DNA of 29,456 nucleotides from an uncultured Clostridia bacterium. Lineage in GTDB: Bacteria > Bacillota > Clostridia > Christensenellales > UBA1242. The position numbers were made by a program, and so were the translations under genes. Shown one piece after another: positions 29,346 to 29,456 of the stretch (positions are counted from its first letter, which is position 1; the number at the start of each line of letters is the position of its first letter). The notes under the pieces are model-generated. The model was not told where the DNA came from. It made no database searches and saw only the letters and a program-made list of their open reading frames with translations. The stretch spans positions 1-29,456 of the forward strand of contig CALDPW010000034.1 in NCBI GenBank assembly GCA_937911885.1, written 5' to 3'.

Positions 29346-29456
29346 TAGCACCGCTCATCTCGCGCGGAGAGTTCCTTACGGCCTATACCCCCTATCAGCC
29401 CGAAATATCGCAGGGAACACTGCAGTATATATTCGAATACCAGTCGATGATATGCG
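29261..29456 (+). CDS. gcvPA: Internal fragment of glycine dehydrogenase (glycine cleavage P protein subunit 1), foreign composition
   Basis: Frame 2 reads [65 protein letters not shown], with the [13 protein letters not shown] signature. About 53% GC by hand count over 29271-29456. Confidence 0.9.

Overview
AT-rich bacterial chromosomal segment; T-box riboswitches, extended -10 promoters and a U1-A72 tRNA-Gln point to a low-GC Firmicute, probably Clostridia-like. The core housekeeping content is tRNA-Gln(CTG), an rlmD-like methyltransferase, T-box-controlled tyrS and pheST, trmL and a HelD-like ATPase. Accessory content: (i) a self-contained operon of four tandem, translationally coupled, divergent atypical-kinase paralogues (1618-5639) next to a macrodomain gene with altered active-site motifs, which is the best candidate for an undescribed system; (ii) a ydjI/ydjG-like SPFH/zinc-ribbon module; (iii) a DUF5011-like plus ComEC-like metallo-beta-lactamase pair; (iv) a ~3000-aa lipoprotein with about 26 FN3-like repeats. 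Two small ORFs missing from the ORF track (53 aa after tyrS, 30 aa before trmL) and a terminator-like hairpin in the helD leader were found. Both ends look foreign or chimeric: an IleRS fragment is fused in frame to a dehydrogenase near 250, and a ~53% GC gcvPA fragment replaces the end of the giant lipoprotein gene near 29260.
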